Assembly: GCA_016839365.1 (NCBI GenBank)
Contig: JAEOUH010000035.1
Location: 1-13,855 of the forward strand
Length of the DNA stretch: 13,855 bases
Origin: Candidatus Hermodarchaeota archaeon
GTDB taxonomy: Archaea > Asgardarchaeota > Hermodarchaeia > Hermodarchaeales > Hermodarchaeaceae
Reading direction: 5' to 3'
Shown: piece by piece, positions 1 through 8,377 of the stretch
How positions within the stretch are numbered: position 1 is the first letter of the stretch
How the letters are laid out: each line of letters opens with the position of its first letter
Made by a program: the position numbers and the translations under genes
The notes under the pieces: generated by a model
Database searches by the model: none
Seen by the model: only the letters and a program-made list of their open reading frames with translations
What the model was told of the DNA's origin: nothing

Positions 1-368
1 CATGTTCGGGGTCTACCCGTCCCAAAAGGCTCATCCCATTGGTTATGACAAGTCAAGCACCGAAACCACCGGGTTGTTGGCATTTCAATTGGTCCTCCTT
101 CAATGCGAAGGGCTTTTCCATTCACTAAGGCATCTGCTATCTTCAAGTGTGCAGATTTTAGTATTCGGTGAATCGTAGTCTGGGAGACCTTCAGTTGTTC
201 AGCTGCTTCGGTTTGAGAAAGGCCTTGGTAGTCATAAACTCGAATAGCTTCGAACTCATCCATGCTCAGAACGACCTCCGCGATGGTCCCGATGGGGATA
301 CCTCGGGGCTTGTAATAACTCACGTTGGGTTCTGCACGGACAAACCTGCGCTTATATGGTCTTGGCAC
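1..368 (-). CDS. DUF134 (UPF0251) family HTH DNA-binding protein with C-terminal Zn-ribbon; 3' end runs off the window (absent from the ORF track)
   Basis: Manual translation from GTG at 368: MPRPYKRRFVRAEPNVSYYKPRGIP...VVLSMDEFEAIRVYDYQGLSQTEAAEQLKVSQTTIHRILKSAHLKIADALVNGKALRIEGG...RWFRCLTCHNQWDEPFGTGRPRT. It has the typical MPRPxKxR start, FKPxG-like motif, sigma70-r4-like HTH, ADALVxGKALRIEGG motif and a CxxC. No stop before base 1. Confidence 0.9.
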   Translation of the reverse strand, partial: MPRPYKRRFVRAEPNVSYYKPRGIPIGTIAEVVLSMDEFEAIRVYDYQGLSQTEAAEQLKVSQTTIHRILKSAHLKIADALVNGKALRIEGGPIEMPTTRWFRCLTCHNQWDEPFGTGRPRT

Positions 369-390
369 GTTATGAATATATATTCATAAC
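369..390. promoter_or_regulatory. Perfect 22-bp palindrome, putative operator of the DUF134 regulator
   Basis: GTTATGAATATATATTCATAAC is its own reverse complement. It abuts the GTG start (368) and lies just downstream of a T-rich TATA-like stretch on the minus strand (about 391-401). Confidence 0.75.
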
Positions 391-489
391 TACCTAAAAA
401 AGTATCCCATGTTTATCAACCAGCACAACATAAGAAGGCAAAATACACAATAGTCAAAAAATCGTACTTTCCTGCGGAGACGTGATGCT

Positions 490-2259
490 GTGCCCATTTC
501 AGGTGGAGAAATTCTTGCCCAATGCCTTGCCAATGAACATGTGAAATATATCTTCGGTATCATTGGGGATCAATGGAATTCTTTTTTTGATGTACTCGCT
601 CGAAAAGGTGACCAATTGGGCATCGAATTCATTACGACACGCCATGAAGCCTCTGCTGCTCACATGGCTGATGCCCATGCCCGATTAACCGGGGAACCTG
701 GCGTTTGCTTGGGAACAGTCGGACCAGGTGCGGCAAATCTTGTGGGCGGGGTATACGCGGCCTATGCCGACAGTGTTCCACTTGTAGTCTTGACTGCCCA
801 GAACCAGACTTGGCGGATTTATCCAGATACAGGGATGACTCAAGGTCTTGACCAGATCAATCTCTTCAAACCTATTGTAAAATGGAATGCAGTAGTGTGG
901 ACCATTGACCGTATTCCTGAGCTTGTCCAACAAGCCTTTCGTCGAGCCTTAACGGGTCGACCAGGACCAGTGCAGTTGGATATTCCTTCAAACATTCTCT
1001 ACGGAACTGTAGATACACCGCCCCCCCTCATCCTGCCAAGTAGATACCGACCGACGAATCAGCCAACGGCTTTTCCAACGCTAATCGGACAAGCGGCACA
1101 AATGCTCCTTGATGCCGAGTTTCCTCTCATTCATCCGGGAGCCGGTGTGTTATGGGCAGAAGCATCAGAAGAACTTGTAGCGCTGGCAGAACATCTTTCG
1201 GCAGGCGTAACTGTGAGCCCTTCTGGACGAGGCACAATCCCAGAGGATCATCCGCTCGCATTTGAACCTGGACTTCAATGCGGGGCATTTGTGCAAAATT
1301 GTGCGGATGTGGTTCTACTTGTCGGTGGCCGCTTGGGTGATCTTGATTTTTGGGGAAAACCACCCGGATGGAAGACGCCTGAAAATCAGAAGCTTATTCA
1401 AATTGATATCGCAAGCGAGATGATTGGGGTTAACCGAGAAGTAGATTTAGCACTCGTCGGTGACGCGAAAAGTACTCTTCAGTTTCTGCTTTCGGAAGTC
1501 AAACGGCGTGGTGAACCCAAAGCTCCTTCTCCTCTTCTTGAGCAGTGTCAAACCTCACGCCAGTCTTTTTATCAATCACAAATGGAGATTGCTGCAAAAG
1601 ACACTGAGCCAATTCATCCTCTCCGTTTAGCGAAAGAGGTTCGCGATTTCTTTGATCGAGACGCAATCATCTGTGTAGATGGGGGTAATTCCATCCTTTG
1701 GAGTCTCCACCTGAATCGAGTTTATGAACCCCGTTCCTACCTTTATGCCTGTGACTCAGGCCATCTTGGGGTTGGACTTCCGTATGCGATAGGAGCCAAA
1801 CTTGTGCATCCTGACCGTCAAGTCTTTCTAATCACTGGTGATGGCGCTTTTATGTTCAATATTCAGGAATTGGAAACAGCAGTTCGACATAACGCACCGA
1901 TGATTGCTATAATCGCCAATGATCGACGATACGGAATGATTGCAGGAGTTCAACATCTATTATTTGAAGACAGGTTCTATCAGGTCGATTTCACCGATGT
2001 TCGATATGATAAGATAGCGAAAGCGATGGGTTGCTATGGAGAACGTGTTACGAAGCCGAAGGAAATCCGACTTGCTCTTAAACGAGCATTAGACTCCAAG
2101 TTACCCGCCGTCATTGATGTTATTATTGACAGGGATGCCAACCTGAACCCACCTGAACTTGCCCTCGTGGGATCAGTATGGCTTGAAGGGTGTACCCCAC
2201 CACCGGTTGAAGAAGAGAAAAAGGAAAAGAAAGCGGTCACCGAAGTCGTTGCAAGCTAG
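490..2259 (+). CDS. Thiamine-diphosphate-dependent enzyme, acetolactate synthase large subunit-like family (substrate uncertain)
   Basis: Catalytic Glu in TRHEASAAHMADAHAR, GPGAANL, GRPGPVQLDIP, and the ThDP/Mg motif GDGAFMFNIQELETA...ND. GTG start with GGAGA at 476-480. No small subunit or ilv genes adjacent. Confidence 0.9.
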   Translation: MPISGGEILAQCLANEHVKYIFGIIGDQWNSFFDVLARKGDQLGIEFITTRHEASAAHMADAHARLTGEPGVCLGTVGPGAANLVGGVYAAYADSVPLVVLTAQNQTWRIYPDTGMTQGLDQINLFKPIVKWNAVVWTIDRIPELVQQAFRRALTGRPGPVQLDIPSNILYGTVDTPPPLILPSRYRPTNQPTAFPTLIGQAAQMLLDAEFPLIHPGAGVLWAEASEELVALAEHLSAGVTVSPSGRGTIPEDHPLAFEPGLQCGAFVQNCADVVLLVGGRLGDLDFWGKPPGWKTPENQKLIQIDIASEMIGVNREVDLALVGDAKSTLQFLLSEVKRRGEPKAPSPLLEQCQTSRQSFYQSQMEIAAKDTEPIHPLRLAKEVRDFFDRDAIICVDGGNSILWSLHLNRVYEPRSYLYACDSGHLGVGLPYAIGAKLVHPDRQVFLITGDGAFMFNIQELETAVRHNAPMIAIIANDRRYGMIAGVQHLLFEDRFYQVDFTDVRYDKIAKAMGCYGERVTKPKEIRLALKRALDSKLPAVIDVIIDRDANLNPPELALVGSVWLEGCTPPPVEEEKKEKKAVTEVVAS

Positions 2260-2266
2260 ATAGACA

Positions 2267-2824
2267 ATGGGGGGAATAGCCGTGACAGATTCGAAGATCC
2301 AGCCCTGGAAATGTCTCAGTCAAAGAATGGTCTATGAAAACCCGTGGATGACAGTCTACGAAGACCAAGTTCAACTTCCGAATGGACGAACCACAATCTA
2401 TGGGATAATGGAAACGAAAGAGTTTGTGGGAATAGTGCCATTACTTGATGCCAATACAGTAATACTGACTCGACAATATCGCTACATTCAGGATGAAGTG
2501 ACCTGGGAAATCGTCTCAGGAGCCATCGATAAAAATGAAACGCCTGAACAGGCAGCCCAGCGTGAACTCCGTGAAGAGATTGGCTATCAAGCTAATACGC
2601 TTAAACTGATTAGTGTTATGCGATCAAACAAATCACTCATGCGTGATTTTGGGTATATTTTTCTCGCTCAAGGGCTCACAAGCTGTGTGAAAGAACCGGA
2701 TGAGACAGAGGAATTTGAAACCGTCACAATGCCATTGGCGAACGCGCTTGATATGATAAAACGTCATGAAATCACAGATTGCGTTTCCATTATTGGGCTT
2801 CTCATGGTAGGAAGCCAATCCTAG
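2267..2824 (+). CDS. NUDIX hydrolase, ADP-ribose pyrophosphatase-like
   Basis: Nudix box GAIDKNETPEQAAQRELREEIG (GX5EX7REUXEEXG), plus RQYRY and PDETE motifs. Starts 7 bp after the previous stop. True start may be the GTG at 2282. Confidence 0.9.
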   Translation: MGGIAVTDSKIQPWKCLSQRMVYENPWMTVYEDQVQLPNGRTTIYGIMETKEFVGIVPLLDANTVILTRQYRYIQDEVTWEIVSGAIDKNETPEQAAQRELREEIGYQANTLKLISVMRSNKSLMRDFGYIFLAQGLTSCVKEPDETEEFETVTMPLANALDMIKRHEITDCVSIIGLLMVGSQS

Positions 2825-2851
2825 CTCTACGGGTCGAAATGGGAATCTCTG

Positions 2852-3322
2852 TTAGTCGATCTGAACCTGTCGTTGGCGTTTCTTTTTGAGGACATGGATC
2901 TCTAAAAACCCCTCATTGAACTCTGCCTTGATATGCTCTGGATCCGCATCACGAGGAAGTGAGACCTTCTTCGAAAGGCTCCGAAACCGAATTTCCCGTT
3001 GAACCGTTCCCCACCTTTCGTAATGAACCTCTTCACGCATTTTTGCTTTAACGCTAATATGCTCATCAGTTGTAGTGAGTTCGATATCTTTCTTGTTCAC
3101 CATTGGCAAATCCAAAGTAACGATATATTCGGTTTCAGTTTCTCGAACATCACCCAAGGCTTCAAGGCAACATGAATCTCCATCCCAAAGTGTTTGAATC
3201 CTTGATTTGGAACCCACTGGTGAACCAAAGAGTTCATCAAATCTACTTTGCAAGGCCTTCACCGATTCGTCTATTCTCTCAAGTTCATTCTTCCGTTTTT
3301 TGGGCTGCTTCGCTTCAGGCAT
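2852..3322 (-). CDS. hsp20: Small heat-shock protein (Hsp20/alpha-crystallin family)
   Basis: DVRETETEYIVTLDLPMVNKKDIEL...VSLPRDADPEHIKAEFNEGFLEIHV and a C-terminal IXI-like VQI. Purine-rich RBS GGAGGGG upstream on the minus strand. Confidence 0.92.
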   Translation of the reverse strand: MPEAKQPKKRKNELERIDESVKALQSRFDELFGSPVGSKSRIQTLWDGDSCCLEALGDVRETETEYIVTLDLPMVNKKDIELTTTDEHISVKAKMREEVHYERWGTVQREIRFRSLSKKVSLPRDADPEHIKAEFNEGFLEIHVLKKKRQRQVQID

Positions 3323-3336
3323 CCTTTATCCCCTCC

Positions 3337-4119
3337 TTATGAATAGAAAGCAGGAATTTGGAACTCCTGCTCTTTACTACTCGTCTGCATTGTTGTTGTT
3401 GTTTGGTTCATTAAATCTCGAACTCGAACGCGAACCTCTTCGGCTCCTTCGATAAGAGCCTTTGTCGAAATGGGAATCTCGGTTAGGGTAGACAAAGTCT
3501 TCACCGTTTCTGCTGCTGCACCAGGATCCGGGAAATTCAGGAAGGCCTGTGCCATGATATAGGCAATAGGGATTCTTTGTCGCTGGGCTTCAAGGAGTAT
3601 AATCGCATAAGCCCCGGCTACAATCCCCTCATCCAGGAACTTGAGTTTCTTATCCATAATTCGATCATATACCGACTCTGTTGTAGCGACTGCGTAAACT
3701 TCGGGAACCTCAATCTGTGATCTGAGGGCCGGGGGCAACGGTGTGCCTCCAAGGGCAGTTATCGATTTGGGCTCTACCTCCTGAAGATATTGTAAAATAG
3801 CAGTAGATACTGGTCGCATCGCCTCAGCGGGAAGGGGAATCTCAGATACAATTAGCAGGAAATCATCATTTGCATACAACTGGATGGGTGGACGAGCCTT
3901 ACGATTATGAATTACAGCAACTGGAGGCATAATAGCGGCGTCAATGTAACCGACCAACTCCATGTTGAGTGCTTGAACCAAATGCATCCCTGCAATAGTT
4001 CCCACCAAACCTGCATCAGGCAACGCAATGATGGCGTGTTTCTTACCTTTTGGTTGTTCAACGAGCTCAACAATCTCAAAGAGCGTTTCCTGAACGACCA
4101 TGACGTCTTTATCTTCCAT
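3337..4119 (-). CDS. PAC2-family proteasome assembly chaperone homologue (PbaA/PbaB-like) with C-terminal HbYX motif
   Basis: LPDAGLVGTIA (GFPGxGLVGxIA-like), SEIP, ITALGG, FPDPGAAA, and C-terminus F-Y-S. Start placed at ATG 4119 (GAGGT upstream). The open frame extends to 4161. Confidence 0.88.
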   Translation of the reverse strand: MEDKDVMVVQETLFEIVELVEQPKGKKHAIIALPDAGLVGTIAGMHLVQALNMELVGYIDAAIMPPVAVIHNRKARPPIQLYANDDFLLIVSEIPLPAEAMRPVSTAILQYLQEVEPKSITALGGTPLPPALRSQIEVPEVYAVATTESVYDRIMDKKLKFLDEGIVAGAYAIILLEAQRQRIPIAYIMAQAFLNFPDPGAAAETVKTLSTLTEIPISTKALIEGAEEVRVRVRDLMNQTTTTMQTSSKEQEFQIPAFYS

Positions 4120-4179
4120 GACCTCATCAGGCATACAGGAATGTAAAAAAGTTACGGGCACAAAGGAATCTGAACACCA

Positions 4180-4458
4180 ATGGCAGATCAGGGGCGGTTC
4201 ATTGGCGAACGTATCTCCGTTGATGTCGTCGATTTAGAAAAACCTGTTAGTTTTACCTGGCGTAACCAGAAACATAAAATCATCGAAATCGAAGCGAGTG
4301 ACAGACGCCTGGACCTGCAAAGTACATGGTATCGAAGAAAACACCGAGACTATTTCATTGTCAAAATCGAAGGTGGAAAACGCTTCGAAATCTACCGCCA
4401 TCGGGTTCCTGGAAAACCCTACTGGGTGTTAACCCGCGAACTCCCTAAACCCGATTAA
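4180..4458 (+). CDS. Small conserved protein, DUF6504-like
   Basis: Pattern PVSFTWRN...WYRRKHRDYFIV...G.RFEIYR...WVL matches my recollection of DUF6504. It fits cleanly between neighbouring genes. Confidence 0.7.
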   Translation: MADQGRFIGERISVDVVDLEKPVSFTWRNQKHKIIEIEASDRRLDLQSTWYRRKHRDYFIVKIEGGKRFEIYRHRVPGKPYWVLTRELPKPD

Positions 4459-4461
4459 AAT

Positions 4462-5142
4462 CTAACGATTACCCTTCTGTTTTTCAGGTAATTCAAACAC
4501 GATCACCTTATACATCGGAGTCCACGGAAGAGTCTCAGTAAAGGTAAATCCCAAGGGTTCCAACCTTGTAGCAAACCAATCTGCATTTCTGATAGGAGTA
4601 ACACGAAAGGTTTGGGGGGCGATCCGAAACGCCACGCGTCCCTTTGACTTAAGAATTCGATGAATTTCTTTGAACAGGGTATTGGGTGTTTTCAAACTAT
4701 TCAGTAATCCAGTTACCGATGTAACAAGGGTAAAAGTAGAATCACCAAACGGGAGAGGGAGTTGGACATCTCTGCATAGGAATTCGACATTCTTTTGTGT
4801 TCCCTCTAATCGCGTTTGGCGTTGGGCCTCGTGAATCATCTCTTCAGACCAATCAATGCCAACGACGCGACCACGAAACCACCGCTGTCTTGCGACGAGA
4901 CGTGGTAGGTGCCCAGTTTGTGTGCCCAGATCCAAAATCTCTTCCGCGGGGCTAATCTTTAATCGCTTGATTAAGTGCTCCCATAGCTTCCAATCATTGC
5001 GCACCTCAAATGAAACCGATCGACGATTATACCCCCATCGCATGAGACGTTTACCAAAATAGCGTCCCTCGGTGGCTATGATAAAAATAAGAAATGCGGT
5101 GACTATGCCACTGATTGCTAGAACTAAAAACAAAACCCACAT
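4462..5142 (-). CDS. Class I SAM-dependent methyltransferase with N-terminal transmembrane anchor
   Basis: Motif I ILDLGTQTG, VVGIDWSEEMI, LPFGDSTFTLV, EIHRILKSKG. Hydrophobic N-terminus MWVLFLVLAISGIVTAFLIFII. Start moved to ATG 5142 because the longer ORF overlaps the divergent gene. Confidence 0.88.
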   Translation of the reverse strand: MWVLFLVLAISGIVTAFLIFIIATEGRYFGKRLMRWGYNRRSVSFEVRNDWKLWEHLIKRLKISPAEEILDLGTQTGHLPRLVARQRWFRGRVVGIDWSEEMIHEAQRQTRLEGTQKNVEFLCRDVQLPLPFGDSTFTLVTSVTGLLNSLKTPNTLFKEIHRILKSKGRVAFRIAPQTFRVTPIRNADWFATRLEPLGFTFTETLPWTPMYKVIVFELPEKQKGNR

Positions 5143-5231
5143 AGTGTCAATGCTATAAAGGACTGCATGGAACTTAACTTCTTTTAGGAAGAAGCATCCA
5201 TAATAAGGAGATTCATTAGGATGGATGCATA

Positions 5232-7787
5232 ATGGCATCAACTGCCAAAAAAATCGGAAAACTAGCAATTCCACTCGCTCTTATCATCAGTATGTCAATC
5301 CTCCTCGTCATTCCGTTGGATATCATTCCGCCACTTGGAGGACTCATCGACCCATTCACGGGAATCTGGACAGTATACGAAGATGCGGAACATCCTCCTT
5401 TCGCAATGGCTCATATTCCAGGCCTATCCGAACCCGTAACGGTCATCCGAGACAACTGGGGCATCCCCCACATCTATGCCGCTAATGAACCTGACTTATA
5501 CTTTGCCTTTGGATATGTTCAAGCCCAGGACCGACTCTGGCAAATGGACATCACCCGCCGACAAGCCCGCGGTCAACTCGCAGAAATTCTTGGTCCAAGC
5601 TATCTAGTTGCAGATCGATTTCTGCGAAATCTGGGAATGGAAAGGGCTGCCCAACAGACGATTGACCAAATGTATTCCCAACAAGATCAATACAACATCA
5701 CATTGAGGGAGAATCTCGCATCCTTCGCTGATGGTGTAAACTTCTACATTTCAAATATTGGATCAAACCTCCCCTTGGAATTTAAACTCCTTAACTATCG
5801 CCCTCACCCTTGGACACTTCTAGATTCCATTTCAGTTGGGCGAATCCTTGACTATGGTCTGTCTTGGTCTGACTCCGATCTACGATTTGCCAATACGATT
5901 GCAGAGTTAGGAAATGATTCAGCCTGGGAACTCTTTCCCCTAAATCCGCCTTTCCAGACTCCAGTAGTCCCAGAATATGGAGTTACCACGGTTCCTCCCA
6001 CCTCTTCCGCTCTCGGCAATTCAGAACTCCCTGAATCCTTACAAAAAACCATCAAGACCTTCCTCTCATGGACCGAAAACATACCTGATCCAAATAATGT
6101 CCTCTCACGATGGCAATTGGACTCTTTGGGCTCGAACAATTGGGCGGTCAATGGCACCAAATCTGCCACAGGTAGCCCAATACTCTGTAATGATATGCAC
6201 CTTCCTCGTGATGTCCCAGCAATTTGGTACCAAGCTCATCTCGTAGCAGCGGATACTGGACGAAATGTATATGGATTTGTTCCACCAGGCGTTCCGCTAA
6301 TTATTGCAGGGCACACCGAATATGTTGCCTGGGGGTTCACAAATGTTGGCGCGGATGTGATTGACTGGTACTATTATTCGATTAATCCCGAAAATGAGGA
6401 TGAATATTGGTATGACGGAGCTTGGCAACCCTTTGAAGAAGAAACCACTACCATCTTAGTAAAGGGAGAAGCACCCTACTACCATACAATAAGACGAAGT
6501 GTTCATGGACCTGTTATGTCAGATGTTGGATTCTCCTACAATGACTATGTCCTCGCTCAACGATGGACTGGTGGGGAACCAAGCTATGAAATGATAGCCC
6601 TTGACAAAATGACAATGGCGCATAATTACACAGAATTCATTGAAGGGCAAAAATTCTGGTGGACAATTTCACAAAACATCGTGTTCGCCGATATCTATGG
6701 TAATATAGCAATTCGCCCAACTGGTCATTGGCCCATTCGCGATGGATGGTTTGGTGGCTTACCACACAACGGCTCGGCGGGAGAAGGTGAATGGACTGGC
6801 TTCATCGACTTCGATGCCTTACCTTTATCCCTGAATCCTGATCGCGGCTGGGTTGTCAGTGCCAATCAACTAGCCGCAGTGCAGGGTCCCGGATTCTACC
6901 CCTATTATATTCACCAAGGTTATGATCCTGGGTATCGGGCACGACGCATCATTCAAATGCTTGAGAATGACAATGCCATCACCGTCGATGACATGAAACG
7001 AATCCAAAACGATGTACTCGATACCGCTGCTGAGGCTTTTGTACCATACTTGATTGATGCCTTTGATAATGCTGGTTCTTCGATCACAAGCGATCCGATA
7101 TTGTCTGCCGCGATTGATCAATTGCGCACCTGGAATTATACCATGCTCAAAGAATGGGTGGCACCGACCATCTGGCGAGCCTGGTTTGACTACTATTGGG
7201 AGGATGTCTTTAGCGACGAATATCCTTCCGATCGTGGGGGGCTCCTCTGGCCTTCTCCAGTAATATTAGAAAACCTCACACGGTATAATCCAAATTCGCA
7301 TTGGTTCGACGATATAACTACAGGAGCCGTTGAATCCCGTGATGATATCATAATTCGGTCATTTCAAGCAGCTATGACCCGGTTAGGCGACGAAGAAGGA
7401 TCTGACGTCAATGAATGGACTTGGGATAAATTCCACTTTGTTGTCTTTTCTCATCAGGTGGGTGGAGCCTTGGGACACGCTCCTATACCTGCTGATGGAA
7501 GCGCTGTCACTGTGAATCCATCACGGGTAGATATGTGGGCTCGTGAACAAGGCGCCTCACGGGGTGGAGCGAGCGAGCGTCTCATTGTTAATTTCAATGA
7601 TCCCTTGCACGCAGTGAGTGTAATTCCTGGAGGTGAAAGTGGAAATCCGCTTTCACGACACTATAGCGACCAACTCTTTCAACTTTACCTTGTTGGAGAC
7701 TATCATGTCGACTATCTCTACTTCGATCAAGAGGATCTCCTTTTCTCTGCGTTTCGAGTGGAATCCATCCTGATACTAACGGGGTGA
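5232..7787 (+). CDS. Penicillin acylase family (peptidase S45) Ntn-hydrolase precursor, membrane-anchored or secreted
   Basis: VIRDNWGIPHIYA, GYVQAQDRLWQMD, the autoprocessing site GSNNWAV (Ser codon 6132-6134, residue 301), NDMHL, WGFTN, SANQ, PGGESGNP. Hydrophobic N-terminal segment. Confidence 0.93.
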   Translation: MASTAKKIGKLAIPLALIISMSILLVIPLDIIPPLGGLIDPFTGIWTVYEDAEHPPFAMAHIPGLSEPVTVIRDNWGIPHIYAANEPDLYFAFGYVQAQDRLWQMDITRRQARGQLAEILGPSYLVADRFLRNLGMERAAQQTIDQMYSQQDQYNITLRENLASFADGVNFYISNIGSNLPLEFKLLNYRPHPWTLLDSISVGRILDYGLSWSDSDLRFANTIAELGNDSAWELFPLNPPFQTPVVPEYGVTTVPPTSSALGNSELPESLQKTIKTFLSWTENIPDPNNVLSRWQLDSLGSNNWAVNGTKSATGSPILCNDMHLPRDVPAIWYQAHLVAADTGRNVYGFVPPGVPLIIAGHTEYVAWGFTNVGADVIDWYYYSINPENEDEYWYDGAWQPFEEETTTILVKGEAPYYHTIRRSVHGPVMSDVGFSYNDYVLAQRWTGGEPSYEMIALDKMTMAHNYTEFIEGQKFWWTISQNIVFADIYGNIAIRPTGHWPIRDGWFGGLPHNGSAGEGEWTGFIDFDALPLSLNPDRGWVVSANQLAAVQGPGFYPYYIHQGYDPGYRARRIIQMLENDNAITVDDMKRIQNDVLDTAAEAFVPYLIDAFDNAGSSITSDPILSAAIDQLRTWNYTMLKEWVAPTIWRAWFDYYWEDVFSDEYPSDRGGLLWPSPVILENLTRYNPNSHWFDDITTGAVESRDDIIIRSFQAAMTRLGDEEGSDVNEWTWDKFHFVVFSHQVGGALGHAPIPADGSAVTVNPSRVDMWAREQGASRGGASERLIVNFNDPLHAVSVIPGGESGNPLSRHYSDQLFQLYLVGDYHVDYLYFDQEDLLFSAFRVESILILTG

Positions 7788-7793
7788 CGCCAA

Positions 7794-8210
7794 ATGTCAT
7801 TAGCACAACGAATCTATGATGCATTTGCCCAACAAAATCTCCTGAAAACCTTTCTCCTCATCATTGTTTTATCCGTGGTTCTGCTTTATCTAATCAGTTG
7901 GCCTGGGACAATAATTGCTGCTGCAATTTCTGGCTTCTTCGTGAGACGATATTCTCGAGCAGCATTAGTGGGCTTTCTGGGTGGTTTGACAGCGTGGGGA
8001 ATCCTTGTAGGTATCCATGCTGCCTTCGGAGGAATCGCGGTCCTTAATCTCTTCGGGGCCATTGCAGGATTAGAAGGGATGGGGGTCGCGCTAGCAGCAA
8101 TCATTATCCTCATCGGAGGCGTACTTGGACTCGCTGGAGCTCTCTTCGGAAATGCGGTTTTTAGTTTTCTCGACCAATACTTCGTTCCTAGCCCAACAAC
8201 TGCAGAATAA
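7794..8210 (+). CDS. Hypothetical integral membrane protein (about 4 TM, Gly/Ala-rich)
   Basis: Four hydrophobic stretches with GxxxG-like spacing. ATG lies 6 bp after the acylase stop. Confidence 0.8.
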   Translation: MSLAQRIYDAFAQQNLLKTFLLIIVLSVVLLYLISWPGTIIAAAISGFFVRRYSRAALVGFLGGLTAWGILVGIHAAFGGIAVLNLFGAIAGLEGMGVALAAIIILIGGVLGLAGALFGNAVFSFLDQYFVPSPTTAE

Positions 8211-8377
8211 TTTCATATAGGTATTCAATAGGTGTACTCGGTAAGTACTGGATATGCCATAGGATGGTAGGAGTAATCTGAGCGCGGTTTGAAGTGGCAA
8301 TTCTAGTATTCCCCAAACGCTTAAAAAAATTCAATTGTATTGGTGGCGAAGAAACGACACCTTGAGGCAAATTCTCT

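Noticed and set aside
168-389. 73-aa plus-strand ORF
   Set aside because: Antisense shadow of the DUF134 gene.
5143-5274. N-terminal extension of the methyltransferase ORF
   Set aside because: It overlaps the divergent acylase start. The TM anchor begins at ATG 5142.
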